Source of the DNA: Candidatus Latescibacterota bacterium
GTDB taxonomy: Bacteria; Latescibacterota; UBA2968; GCA-2709665
Assembly: GCA_965116875.1 (NCBI GenBank)
Contig: OZ220733.1
Location: forward strand, 3,712,001 to 3,776,000
Direction of reading: 5' to 3'
Length of the DNA: 64,000 nucleotides
Part shown: positions 10,099 through 19,511 of the stretch, in pieces
Position numbering within the stretch: position 1 is the first letter of the stretch
How the letters are laid out: each line of letters starts with the position of its first letter
Made by a program: the position numbers and the translations under genes
Notes under the pieces: generated by a model
Told to the model about the DNA's origin: nothing
The model's input: only the letters and a program-made list of their open reading frames with translations
The model's database searches: none

Positions 10099-12006
10099 AT
10101 GCCGTTGATACAACTCGAAAGCGTCCATAAGGCGTATGGGGCCAGCACGGTGCTGAACGGTCTGACCTGGGAGATCGAAGCGGGCGCCCGCATCGGACTG
10201 GTCGGGCGCAATGGATGCGGCAAGACGACGCTCTTCCACCTCATGACCGGGCGCCTGCAACCGGACCGTGGACGGATCCACAAGCGGCGGAATCTGAACG
10301 TGGGATACCTCGCGCAGGATCCCGAACTGGAGGAAGGTTCCGTCGTTCTGGCCACCGTACTCGACGCGTTTTCCGATCTGCTGGACCTGCAGCGGCGGAT
10401 GGGCGACCTGGAAGACCGGCTGGCCGAAAGCCGGGAACAACCGGGCCTCCTGGAAGAATACGGACGCCTCCAGAACAGCTATGAAGCCCGCCGCGGCTAC
10501 GAGGTAGAAGCCCGTGCAAAGGCCATCCTGCACGGGCTGGGTTTCGTCCGGTCGGATTTTGAGACCCCGGTTTCGCTGCTCAGCGGTGGACAGAAGAACC
10601 GCCTCGCCCTCGCGCGTCTGCTGGTACGGGAACCGGACCTGCTTCTGCTGGACGAACCCACCAATCACCTGGACCTCGAGGCCATCGAATGGCTGGAAGG
10701 GTTCCTGCCCGTGTTCGATGGCGCCTGCGTAGTCGTCTCCCACGACAGGTATTTTCTGGACCGTACCATCGACCGGATCGTCGAACTCGAGAACGGAGAC
10801 CTTGCCGGGTACGCGGGCAATTACAGCTTCTATGCCGCCGAACGACAGGAGCGCATCGCAAGGCGTATCAAAGCCTTTGAGCGCCAGCAGGAACACATCC
10901 GCAGGACCGAAGATTTCATCAAACGCAATATCGCAGGCCAGAAGACCAAACAGGCCCAGAGCCGCAGAAAGGCGCTCGAGAAACTGGAAAGACTCGACCG
11001 TCCAGTGCGGGACAGGGAGTTCCGGTTGGAATTCACTGCCGGTGCGCGGGGCGGCAACAGGGTCGCGGAACTCGAGCGGATATCGAAAGCCTATGGAGAG
11101 ACGGTCCTGTTTCGAAATCTGGACCTGCTTGTACGGCGGGGCGATCGTCTGGGCATAATCGGACCCAACGGATCGGGAAAATCCACGCTGCTGAAGCTGC
11201 TCGCCGGCCGTGTCGCGCCAGACAGCGGGACCGTCAAGACCGGTTCGAACGTCCAGGTGGGGTATTTCGACCAGCACCGGGAAGAACTCGATCCCGGCCG
11301 TTCACTGCAGGAGGAAATCTGGGCGGTCACACCGGATGCGCCGGCGGGGGAGATTCGCGACGTTCTGGGCGCATTCCTCTTTTCGGGCGACGACGCGGAG
11401 CGCAGAATCGGCAGCCTCAGCGGAGGCGAGAAGAGCAGGGTGGCCCTCGCCAGGCTCATGAGGTCCGAAACCAATCTCCTGGTTCTGGACGAACCCACCA
11501 ATCACCTGGATATTCCGTCCCGCGACGTTTTGGAGGATGCCCTTACGACCTACGACGGCACCCTTATCGCCGTCTCCCACGACCGCTATTTTCTGAACCT
11601 GCTGGTGGACCGGCTGCTCGTACTCGGGAATGGAAAGTGGGAGCTTGTAGAGGGCAATTACGAAACCTGGCAGCGCCGGCGGGCGTCTCGTGAGGAGCCG
11701 TCCGGTGCACGGTTACGGAAGAATGCCTCCCGGAAGGCCGCGTACGAACGCACCCGCGCGGACCGCAGGGCGCAGGACAGGCGCCGGCGTCGCCTGGAGG
11801 CCGTCGAAAAGGAGATTCAGGACCTCGAGGCGGAACTCGAACGCGCGGACGGTCAACTTGCAATGGACGACCGCGCGTCGGATTGGGAGCACCTTGAGTC
11901 CGTATCCGCTGAACGCCGTCGAATCCAGGCCCGGATCGAAGAACGCATCGAAGAGTGGGAAATGCTCGAGTCAGCCGAAACGGAGGGCGAGGAAAGGGAG
12001 TCATGA
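10099..12006 (+). CDS. ABC-F family ATP-binding protein (Uup/YheS-like)
   Basis: Two NBDs (GRNGCGKT, GPNGSGKS), LLDEPTNHLD twice, no TM segments, C-terminal coiled coil. Confidence 0.93.
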   Translation: MPLIQLESVHKAYGASTVLNGLTWEIEAGARIGLVGRNGCGKTTLFHLMTGRLQPDRGRIHKRRNLNVGYLAQDPELEEGSVVLATVLDAFSDLLDLQRRMGDLEDRLAESREQPGLLEEYGRLQNSYEARRGYEVEARAKAILHGLGFVRSDFETPVSLLSGGQKNRLALARLLVREPDLLLLDEPTNHLDLEAIEWLEGFLPVFDGACVVVSHDRYFLDRTIDRIVELENGDLAGYAGNYSFYAAERQERIARRIKAFERQQEHIRRTEDFIKRNIAGQKTKQAQSRRKALEKLERLDRPVRDREFRLEFTAGARGGNRVAELERISKAYGETVLFRNLDLLVRRGDRLGIIGPNGSGKSTLLKLLAGRVAPDSGTVKTGSNVQVGYFDQHREELDPGRSLQEEIWAVTPDAPAGEIRDVLGAFLFSGDDAERRIGSLSGGEKSRVALARLMRSETNLLVLDEPTNHLDIPSRDVLEDALTTYDGTLIAVSHDRYFLNLLVDRLLVLGNGKWELVEGNYETWQRRRASREEPSGARLRKNASRKAAYERTRADRRAQDRRRRRLEAVEKEIQDLEAELERADGQLAMDDRASDWEHLESVSAERRRIQARIEERIEEWEMLESAETEGEERES

Positions 12007-14051
12007 CCGATCGATCCCTTCTGGCGCCCGCGGAATTTGAATTTGTGGTGCTGGGCGATACGCACTACATGCTCGATCCCGGCGACCGGGCGCTTGAATT
12101 CGAGTCCCGCCGTAGGCAGACCGCCAGGGCGGATGCAGCCCTCAGGCTTGCGGCATCTCTGTGTCCTGACTTCATCGTGCACATGGGCGACGTGGTCCAG
12201 GAATACCCTGAAACGGGGCGTCATGCGGAGGCATTGGATAGAGCGAAGACGCAATTGACGGGGCTGGGCGTGGAAGTCTTCCACGTTGCCGGCAACCACG
12301 ACGTGGGCGACAAGCCCGATCCCACCATGCCCACCCGGCCCGTCACGTTGGAGTCCCTTGAGCGGTACCGGTCCGGTTTCGGGCCCTCCTGGTACAGCTT
12401 CGACCGCAGGGGCTGTCACTTCATCGTGATCAACTCCCAGATTCTGAACACCGATCTGCCGGAATCCAAATCTCAGCAGGACTGGCTCGAGAGGGATCTG
12501 GCGCTCCACGGGCGGCAACGCATTTTCCTGTTTCTCCACCTGCCGCTGTTCCTGGAACACCCGGATGAACCCCACGTTGGCAACTACGATAATATCGGCC
12601 AGCCCGATCGGGCCTGGATACTCGACCTGGTCCGCAGGCACAGGGTGGAAGCCGTCTGTGCCGCGCACGTCCACTTCGCGTTCCTCAATACGTTCGGACC
12701 GACTCGAATATACAACATCCCGTCGACCTCCTTCGTTCGCCCCGGCTTCAGCCATCTGTTTACAGGACCCTCCCCGCCTGAGCGGGGCAGGGACGACGCG
12801 CCCAAACTCGGCTTCTATCTGTTTCGCGTCTTTCCTGACCGGACCGACGTACACTTCATCCGGACCGGAGGCGCGGTCACCCTGGAGGAAGAGACCCACA
12901 GCGCGCCGAAACGCCTGCTTACCCGGACTTCCCCGGGTTTGCCCGCTTCTCCACTGGGGTTGACCCTGCTGCATCCTCTCGCGACCCGCACCGAGATTCC
13001 AATCGCCTTCCCGAGTGTCGTCCGGCAGCGCGTGCGCAACGACTATCCGCTGCTTGCCGGCCTGGAACTGGGCGCAACCGCCGTCCGACTCCCGGTCGTC
13101 GATCTTGACGACCCGTTTCAGCGGGAGCGTCTGCGGCTCCTTCGCGAGGAAGGGCTGCGGATCACGGCGATGGCGCCCGCGTCAGGCACGCCCGACCTTT
13201 CGGAGTACGTCCGCCGGTATTCGGAATGCGTGGACACGTGGGAAATCCAGTTACCCGGATCCCTCCTGCCATCCCGCGACCTCGGGCGTGAACTCGCCGA
13301 AACGGGGAGGAAAACCTCCGCGCGTTTCGCGCTTGCACCCATTCTCCCCGGAGAAACCCTTCCCGGCAAGCAGCACCCCCGCACCCGAATCGGATACCTT
13401 CCCGGCGAACTGCAGGAGCTGAGCCGCTCTCTGGCGGAAAGGGACGTTGCCGTAGACCGGGTCCTGTGCCGCGTTGACGAGAGCGAACCCTGGAATACGG
13501 TTCGAGAGCTCGTGGACGCGGGCGCACTCAGCCACGTCGGCGCCGTGGATCTCGCCGTGGCTTTCACGTCTTGTGACGACGTGCGGAACGCCAATTGCGC
13601 GGCCGAAGCCCTGTTCGCCGCCGCCGGTTTCGCTGGCGCCAGAGTCTGCTTCGAGCCTCTGATCGACCTGGACCGGACGCTGGACGCCGCCCACGGGCTC
13701 CTGGACACGTCGTGCAACCCTCGCCCGGCCTTTCACGTGCTGCGGACGCTGAATACGGTGCTATTTCACGAGCCGGATCCCCGTGCGGTTCCGGGCCGAC
13801 TCGAACGGCGGGGGGCCGCGATCCGTACCCTTGCCGGTCCGTCCGGGTTGCGTGCGCTGATCACTTCACGCAAGCGTGGGCTGCCGGACCTCCGCGGGCT
13901 CACGTTTCCCGAGGTTTCACCGGACGCGCCGTCCCGGCTCTATCTCCTCGCAGAAGGATATGTTCAGAAGGGACCGTTAGACCGCCTCCTTCGGTACGCG
14001 AGCGGTCTGTCGCCGCCGGTACTCCTGACATCCATGCTTCCGAAGGGTTGA
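12003..14051 (+). CDS. Calcineurin-like metallophosphoesterase fused to an uncharacterised C-terminal domain
   Basis: GDTH, GDVV, GNHD, HLP, AHVH motifs; ATGA overlap with the ABC-F stop. Confidence 0.8.
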   Translation: MTDRSLLAPAEFEFVVLGDTHYMLDPGDRALEFESRRRQTARADAALRLAASLCPDFIVHMGDVVQEYPETGRHAEALDRAKTQLTGLGVEVFHVAGNHDVGDKPDPTMPTRPVTLESLERYRSGFGPSWYSFDRRGCHFIVINSQILNTDLPESKSQQDWLERDLALHGRQRIFLFLHLPLFLEHPDEPHVGNYDNIGQPDRAWILDLVRRHRVEAVCAAHVHFAFLNTFGPTRIYNIPSTSFVRPGFSHLFTGPSPPERGRDDAPKLGFYLFRVFPDRTDVHFIRTGGAVTLEEETHSAPKRLLTRTSPGLPASPLGLTLLHPLATRTEIPIAFPSVVRQRVRNDYPLLAGLELGATAVRLPVVDLDDPFQRERLRLLREEGLRITAMAPASGTPDLSEYVRRYSECVDTWEIQLPGSLLPSRDLGRELAETGRKTSARFALAPILPGETLPGKQHPRTRIGYLPGELQELSRSLAERDVAVDRVLCRVDESEPWNTVRELVDAGALSHVGAVDLAVAFTSCDDVRNANCAAEALFAAAGFAGARVCFEPLIDLDRTLDAAHGLLDTSCNPRPAFHVLRTLNTVLFHEPDPRAVPGRLERRGAAIRTLAGPSGLRALITSRKRGLPDLRGLTFPEVSPDAPSRLYLLAEGYVQKGPLDRLLRYASGLSPPVLLTSMLPKG

Positions 14052-14159
14052 CATCTTCCCTCATTCTATAGATCTTTCTGGCGCAACGGGTCTGTAGATT
14101 CCGGTTTTGCCTGAATGCCCGATCTTCAGGACGATGACAAAACGACAAGGACTCGCCCG

Positions 14160-14957
14160 ATGTCGAAAACCCTGCGCGTATGCCTGGCCGCCCTGAAGCA
14201 GCGACCCTCCGTTTCTGAAGGTGTGGAAAAGCTGGTTTCCGTCCTCCGCGAGTGCCGCGAACGGAAGGTGGATATCGCCTGCACGCCGGAGACGTACCTG
14301 CCCGGACTCAGAGGCGCGACTTTCGATCTGCCGGATCCGGACCAGCCGGCGATGGAGCGGGCATTAAAGGACCTCCGTGCAGCCTGCCGGGAGACCGGCG
14401 TCGCCATCATCGCGGGGATGGAGTGGCGATCCGAACTCGGCCTCGAAAACAGGGCGTTCGTCATCTCGCCGGCGGGCCGGGTGCTCGGCTACCAGACCAA
14501 GAACCAGATCACCCCGGGCGGGGAGTCGGAGAATTACGTGCCGGACGGGCGGCGAAGGGTGTTCAACGTAAAGGGTGTCACGTTCGGAATCACGATCTGC
14601 CACGAGGGCTGGCGCTACCCGGAGACCGTGCGGTGGCCCGCCCTCCGGGGCGCGCAGGTTGTCTTCCAGCCCCAGGTCACGGGCAGCGACGAAGGGGGAC
14701 GGAATCCCATGAAGTGGGGCGAGTCCTTCTACGAGAAGGCCATGCAGTGTCGCGCTGGGGAGAACAATATCTACTTTGCCAGCGTCAACCAGGCAATGAG
14801 AGGTCAGAACTCAGCCACCAGCCTGATCGACCCGCAGGGCGATCTCATCCAATACGTCCCGTGCGGTAAGGAAGACCTGCTCATTGCGGACCTGGACATG
14901 GAGAAAGCCACCCGGTTCTACACCAGCCGGTACCGGTCCGAACTCTACCCTGCGTAG
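14160..14957 (+). CDS. Carbon-nitrogen hydrolase (nitrilase superfamily)
   Basis: Catalytic E (TPE), K (QTK), C (ICHEG). Confidence 0.88.
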   Translation: MSKTLRVCLAALKQRPSVSEGVEKLVSVLRECRERKVDIACTPETYLPGLRGATFDLPDPDQPAMERALKDLRAACRETGVAIIAGMEWRSELGLENRAFVISPAGRVLGYQTKNQITPGGESENYVPDGRRRVFNVKGVTFGITICHEGWRYPETVRWPALRGAQVVFQPQVTGSDEGGRNPMKWGESFYEKAMQCRAGENNIYFASVNQAMRGQNSATSLIDPQGDLIQYVPCGKEDLLIADLDMEKATRFYTSRYRSELYPA

Positions 14958-15370
14958 TTAACCTCAAATTAGAAAAAAGATACCGGCAAATTGGCCACAA
15001 AGAGCCTGAATGCGGGTAGACGGTAGAGGTGAAAAAATAGGGTAGACGCAAGACGAAAGACGGGAGAAGGTATCTTTGCCCGATACAATATTCCTTCTTG
15101 CCTCCGGCATAAAAGGAATCCTCGCAAGGCAGGCAATCTCTCCCGTCTAACGTCTTCCTTCTTACCAGGTGGTAGGGTGGGGTGTGGTCCTCTACCCTCT
15201 TCCGTCTCACGTCACGCTGCTTCCAGGGCGCCGCGGGGAGGGGTCCCGTTCACGTCCAGTGACCCAAAGCATCCTTGAACTCCGACATAGACTCGACTTT
15301 GTTCTTCTGTATAAACTCGATCTGCGGTCCCCGACAATTGACGATTCAAGGTAATTTCGGAGGAATATTT

Positions 15371-16699
15371 ATGCTCAGACTCGCGCTCGTTTTTTTCTGC
15401 GTCTGTTTCGCGTTTAGCGGCAGTACAGCGGCACAGGAGACGTCAGGGGCCGATTTCGACGAAGACGGCGAGGTCGGCTTCTCGGATTTCCTCATCTTCG
15501 CCCGTGGTTTCGGCAGGTCGGCCCAGGACGCGGACTTCAACGTCCGGCTGGACCTGAACGGCAACGGAGAAGTCGACTTCCAGGACTTCGTGCTCTTCGC
15601 GCGGCAGTTCGGCGGCTCCACGCCTCCCGAGGACGTGGATAAGGAGCCGTTCTATCCGGCTCGGATCTATATTGTGGACTTTTGGTCAGACAGAGTCTTT
15701 GTAGTCGATGCAGAAACGAACTTTTACGATCCTGAACTTACGGTCGCCGTCAGTCAACCACGCAGCGTTTCCTACTCGTATCTCAACAGGCGTTTCTACG
15801 TCGTCGGACAGGATTCCTTCTACGCACTCTCAGAGTCAAGCGAGATTGACTACCGTCTGCCGCTTCTAGATCCGCCTGAATCGCCGGATTCCCGGCCACG
15901 TACACGTGGGGGCTCCCGCATTGCGCTTGCCCGGAATCACCGGCTTGCCTACATCACCGAAGACATTGCCAATCAGGTCGAAGTCATCGATCTCAAGAAT
16001 GCCGAATCCGTAGGCCTGATTCCACTTTACTTGCCTCCCAGCGGTATCGCCATATCTCAAGACGGAGGTGAACTGTATGTGGGCCATATCAATAGCCACT
16101 GGCTTTCGGTAGTCGACGCTTCCGCACAGGCGCTTGTGGACAGTATCCGGTTGGACGGAAGGGGAAGCGGTAGGATCGTGGTGTCCCCAGATGGCGACAG
16201 GATCTATACCGCAACCACCCAGGGCGGCGACGATCCGTCGGTACATATCGTGTCAATCGACCCTGAGACCAAAGAGGTCGCGAATGCGCTGGAGATTGCA
16301 CCGGATTCAACGACGAAGGTATGGGACCTCAAGCCGTCCAGAGACGGCAGTAAACTCTACGCAACCATAAGGCGGTTGTTTCTGGCGCCAGGGGAACAGG
16401 CGCGCTTCGTGTTAGAGGGTTATTTCTGGACTGTAGATTTGACCACTTTCAAATTAACGAGCGAAGTCCAGGTCCAAGGCGATGCAGTGAATTTCGGGGT
16501 TTCCCGTGACGACAATTCTGCATATGTCATCGTCGCCGACCCGTTTACCGGCGTGCTTCAACTCACGATCCTCGACCTGGAAAACAATGCGGTACTTGGC
16601 GCCGTTCCTGTGACATTTCTTTCGGCGTTCGACGTCAAGGCCTACGGCGGCAAGGCGGCGGTCGGTCACGCCGTCGTACCTGAGATATTTGTCTTCTGA
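15371..16699 (+). CDS. Secreted protein with dockerin/EF-hand-like pair and YVTN/YncE-like beta-propeller
   Basis: Signal peptide; DFDEDGEVGFSDF and DLNGNGEVDFQDF calcium loops; repeated S.DG..LY blades; SD GGAGG. Confidence 0.8.
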   Translation: MLRLALVFFCVCFAFSGSTAAQETSGADFDEDGEVGFSDFLIFARGFGRSAQDADFNVRLDLNGNGEVDFQDFVLFARQFGGSTPPEDVDKEPFYPARIYIVDFWSDRVFVVDAETNFYDPELTVAVSQPRSVSYSYLNRRFYVVGQDSFYALSESSEIDYRLPLLDPPESPDSRPRTRGGSRIALARNHRLAYITEDIANQVEVIDLKNAESVGLIPLYLPPSGIAISQDGGELYVGHINSHWLSVVDASAQALVDSIRLDGRGSGRIVVSPDGDRIYTATTQGGDDPSVHIVSIDPETKEVANALEIAPDSTTKVWDLKPSRDGSKLYATIRRLFLAPGEQARFVLEGYFWTVDLTTFKLTSEVQVQGDAVNFGVSRDDNSAYVIVADPFTGVLQLTILDLENNAVLGAVPVTFLSAFDVKAYGGKAAVGHAVVPEIFVF

Positions 16700-16930
16700 C
16701 CCAATGATCACGAGACCACGGAGTGACCTCGCAGTTGCCTGCGTCCGAATCCGCGATCGCGTTGAACCGCCCCGGTACGTTCAGTCTGCATGTTGCCGTT
16801 CATTGCGCTATGTGTCCAATTTGTGACTCTTGAAATGAAAAGCCCTTGCAGACCGGGCCGAATTCCCGTAAATTTCTATATAGAGCAAATTGGTATCTGA
16901 TGCGTCACCTATTGACGAGGAGCGAGGACA

Positions 16931-17986
16931 ATGCTTTCATCGCTTCTACTTGAACCCGGACGTCTGGAACTGCGAGACGTGGATATCCCCAGCGCCGGTC
17001 CCGGCGAAGTGGTTGTCAGGGTGCGGTCGGCGCTGACGTGCGGCACCGAACTGAAGACGTTCCGCCGCGGCCACCCCAAAATACCCACGCCAACGCCGCT
17101 GGGGCATGAGTTCTCCGGCGATATCTATGAGGTCGGCGAAGGCGTGACCAGATTCAAGTCGGGCGACCAGGTAATGACCGCGCCTACAGCGCCGTGCGGC
17201 GAGTGCGTGGACTGCCGGAAGTCACGGGAAAACCTCTGCCCGTACGCGATCGATGAAATGGTTTTCGGCGCTTTCGCGGAGTACGTCCGTGTGCCCGCGC
17301 ACGTCGTCCAGAACAACATGTTCAAGAAGCCTGCCGATCTCTCCTACGAAGAGGCCGCCATGCTGGAGCCGCTCGCGTGCGTGGTCTACGGCATGGACCA
17401 GGTACTAATGGGGCCGGACGCTACCGTGCTCATCATCGGTGCGGGCGCCATCGGATTGATGCACACGGCCGTCGTACACGCCTTCGGCGCCAGCCGCGTG
17501 ATTGTCGCGGGCAGGCGCGAATACCGTCTCAAACTCGCCACGACGCTCGGCGCGGACGAAATCATAGACGTGGAAGAGGAAAACGCAATCGACCGCGTGA
17601 AGGAACTGACGGGCGGCATCGGCGCGGACCTGGTGATCGAATGCACCGGCCAGCTCGCCGTCTGGGAGAGTACGCCGGACCTGGTCGCCAAGGGCGGCAC
17701 GATCGTCCTGTTCGGCGGCCTTCCGAAGGGCACCGTCGCCACCTTCGACACCGCCCGGTTACACTACGATCAGATTACCCTGAAAGGCGTGTTTCACTAC
17801 AGCCGCAGCGCCGTAAAGAAGGCCTACCAGATGCTGGTCGACAGAAAGATCCACCTCAACGGCCTGATTTCCGGCACCTATTCCCTGTCCGATCTGAAAC
17901 ACGTCTTCGAGCTTCTTCTGAAAAAGGGCAACGACGTCAAATTCGCGGTCGTTCCCTCCGAACCCAGCCCGGAAAAAGCCGGATGA
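16931..17986 (+). CDS. Zinc-dependent alcohol/polyol dehydrogenase (MDR family)
   Basis: CGTE, GHE, CxxCxxC...C, GAGAIG. Confidence 0.9.
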   Translation: MLSSLLLEPGRLELRDVDIPSAGPGEVVVRVRSALTCGTELKTFRRGHPKIPTPTPLGHEFSGDIYEVGEGVTRFKSGDQVMTAPTAPCGECVDCRKSRENLCPYAIDEMVFGAFAEYVRVPAHVVQNNMFKKPADLSYEEAAMLEPLACVVYGMDQVLMGPDATVLIIGAGAIGLMHTAVVHAFGASRVIVAGRREYRLKLATTLGADEIIDVEEENAIDRVKELTGGIGADLVIECTGQLAVWESTPDLVAKGGTIVLFGGLPKGTVATFDTARLHYDQITLKGVFHYSRSAVKKAYQMLVDRKIHLNGLISGTYSLSDLKHVFELLLKKGNDVKFAVVPSEPSPEKAG

Positions 17987-19026
17987 TGCGCGTGGCCCGC
18001 CTGTACGACTACGGCGACATCCGCATCGATGAAGAACCGATCCCCGCAATCGGGCCCGAAGACGCCCTCGTCAAAATGGCGGTCTGCGGCATCTGCACGA
18101 GCGATACCCTGCCGTGGTACGTCCGCCGCAAGGCGCCGATCGTCCTCGGGCACGAACCCGCCGGGACCATTGTCGACGTCGGTTCCGAAACCTCCGGTTT
18201 CTCAACGGGCGATCGTGTTTTCGTTCATCATCATGCCCCCTGCATGCGCTGCCGTTTGTGCCGCCGGGGGCATTTTTCAATGTGCCCCACGTGGAAGGCT
18301 TCCGCCCTGGACCCGGGTGGCCTCGCCGAATTCGTGCGTGTTCCCGGCCTCAACCTTTCCACGGACACCCTCAAACTTCCGGCCGCGCTTTCCCTTGAAG
18401 ACGGCGCCTTCGTGGAACCGACGGCCTGTGCGGTCCAGGCGCTGAAACGCCGCGCCCGCATGAAACCCGGAGACCGCGTCCTCATCATCGGTATGGGCAT
18501 AATGGGTCAGATTCTTGCGTTGGTCGCCAGGCACTACGGCGCGTCACCCGTGATCGCGGCCGACAAGGTTCCCTACCGGCTGGAGAAAGCGCGGGAACTC
18601 GGGGCCGACAGGAGCGTCGACGTTTCGCGGGAGACGCTGGCCGAATCCGTTGCCGCCGCCACCGGGGGCGGCCTGGCCGACGTGGTTGTGGTCGGGCCGG
18701 GCACGCGCTCGGCGATGGAGGCGGGATTCTCGGCAGTGGGCGTGGGGGGGACCGTACTCCTGTTCACGCCTGACGAACCGGGCCGGACCCTGCCTGTGGA
18801 TACTTACGATCTGTATTCCAGGGACATCACGCTGACAACCAGCTATTCATGCGGTCCGCCGGACACTTTGGAGGCGCTCGACATCGTAGGCCTCGGCGTG
18901 GTGAACGCAAAAAAACTCGTCACTCACCGCTTTCCGCTGGAAGAAACCGCCGCCGGTTTTCAGACCGTGGCCGAGGCCGGCGAATCCATAAAGACGCTTA
19001 TTGTCATCGACGAGACACAGGCGTAG
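17983..19026 (+). CDS. Zinc-dependent alcohol/polyol dehydrogenase (MDR family)
   Basis: CTSD, GHE, CMRCRLC...C, GMGIMG; true start MMRVARL overlaps the previous stop. Confidence 0.9.
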   Translation: MMRVARLYDYGDIRIDEEPIPAIGPEDALVKMAVCGICTSDTLPWYVRRKAPIVLGHEPAGTIVDVGSETSGFSTGDRVFVHHHAPCMRCRLCRRGHFSMCPTWKASALDPGGLAEFVRVPGLNLSTDTLKLPAALSLEDGAFVEPTACAVQALKRRARMKPGDRVLIIGMGIMGQILALVARHYGASPVIAADKVPYRLEKARELGADRSVDVSRETLAESVAAATGGGLADVVVVGPGTRSAMEAGFSAVGVGGTVLLFTPDEPGRTLPVDTYDLYSRDITLTTSYSCGPPDTLEALDIVGLGVVNAKKLVTHRFPLEETAAGFQTVAEAGESIKTLIVIDETQA

Positions 19027-19075
19027 TTCCAGGCCCTGCAATTCACGGCTCTTCGTTTTCAGAAAGGACTCCGGC

Positions 19076-19267
19076 ATGCCCTTTGTCAACGTTAAAATGC
19101 TCGACGGCCGCACGAGCGATCAGAAGCGCGAACTGGTCAAGGCCATCACAGACGCCCTGGAGGACATCTGCGGCGCAAAACCGGGTGGCACGATGGTGGT
19201 CATCGAGGAAGTCTCGCGGGACCACTGGGCCGTGAGCGGCGAGCTGATTTCAGACAGGGACGCATAG
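19076..19267 (+). CDS. 4-oxalocrotonate tautomerase family protein
   Basis: Catalytic N-terminal Pro (MPFVNVKM), GRTSDQK, W...G; SD AAGGA. Confidence 0.9.
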   Translation: MPFVNVKMLDGRTSDQKRELVKAITDALEDICGAKPGGTMVVIEEVSRDHWAVSGELISDRDA

Positions 19268-19360
19268 CCCGCGAAAGTGCCGCCGGTGCGCGGTCACGCG
19301 GGCGTGAAGGGTGAAACCGGCGTCCGGAATCCCCGAAGCCGGGATTCCGCGTGTTTGATC

Positions 19361-19389
19361 TTGACAGAAATATGCCGGCCGCCTATATT
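19361..19389 (+). promoter_or_regulatory. sigma-70-type promoter upstream of the TPR-mdh genes
   Basis: TTGACA-N17-TATATT. Confidence 0.65.
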
Positions 19390-19511
19390 GCACCGATCCG
19401 CGGACCGGGCCGGAGAAACGGTTTCATTTCCGGCGCGCTCCTCCCTGGATGCGGAATGAGCCGCGGTTCGTGGCCCTCACGATTCGTTGCAATAGAGAAA
19501 GGGGAAAGGCT

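Noticed and set aside
9976-11277. Long antisense ORFs (also 19533-20726, 21686-23428, 26566-27660, 48150-49613, 54706-56010)
   Set aside because: They mirror well-supported genes on the opposite strand; expected in high-GC DNA and carry no motifs
17377-17982. N-terminal extension of the second dehydrogenase (549-aa ORF)
   Set aside because: Overlaps the first dehydrogenase out of frame; the real start is MMRVARL at 17983
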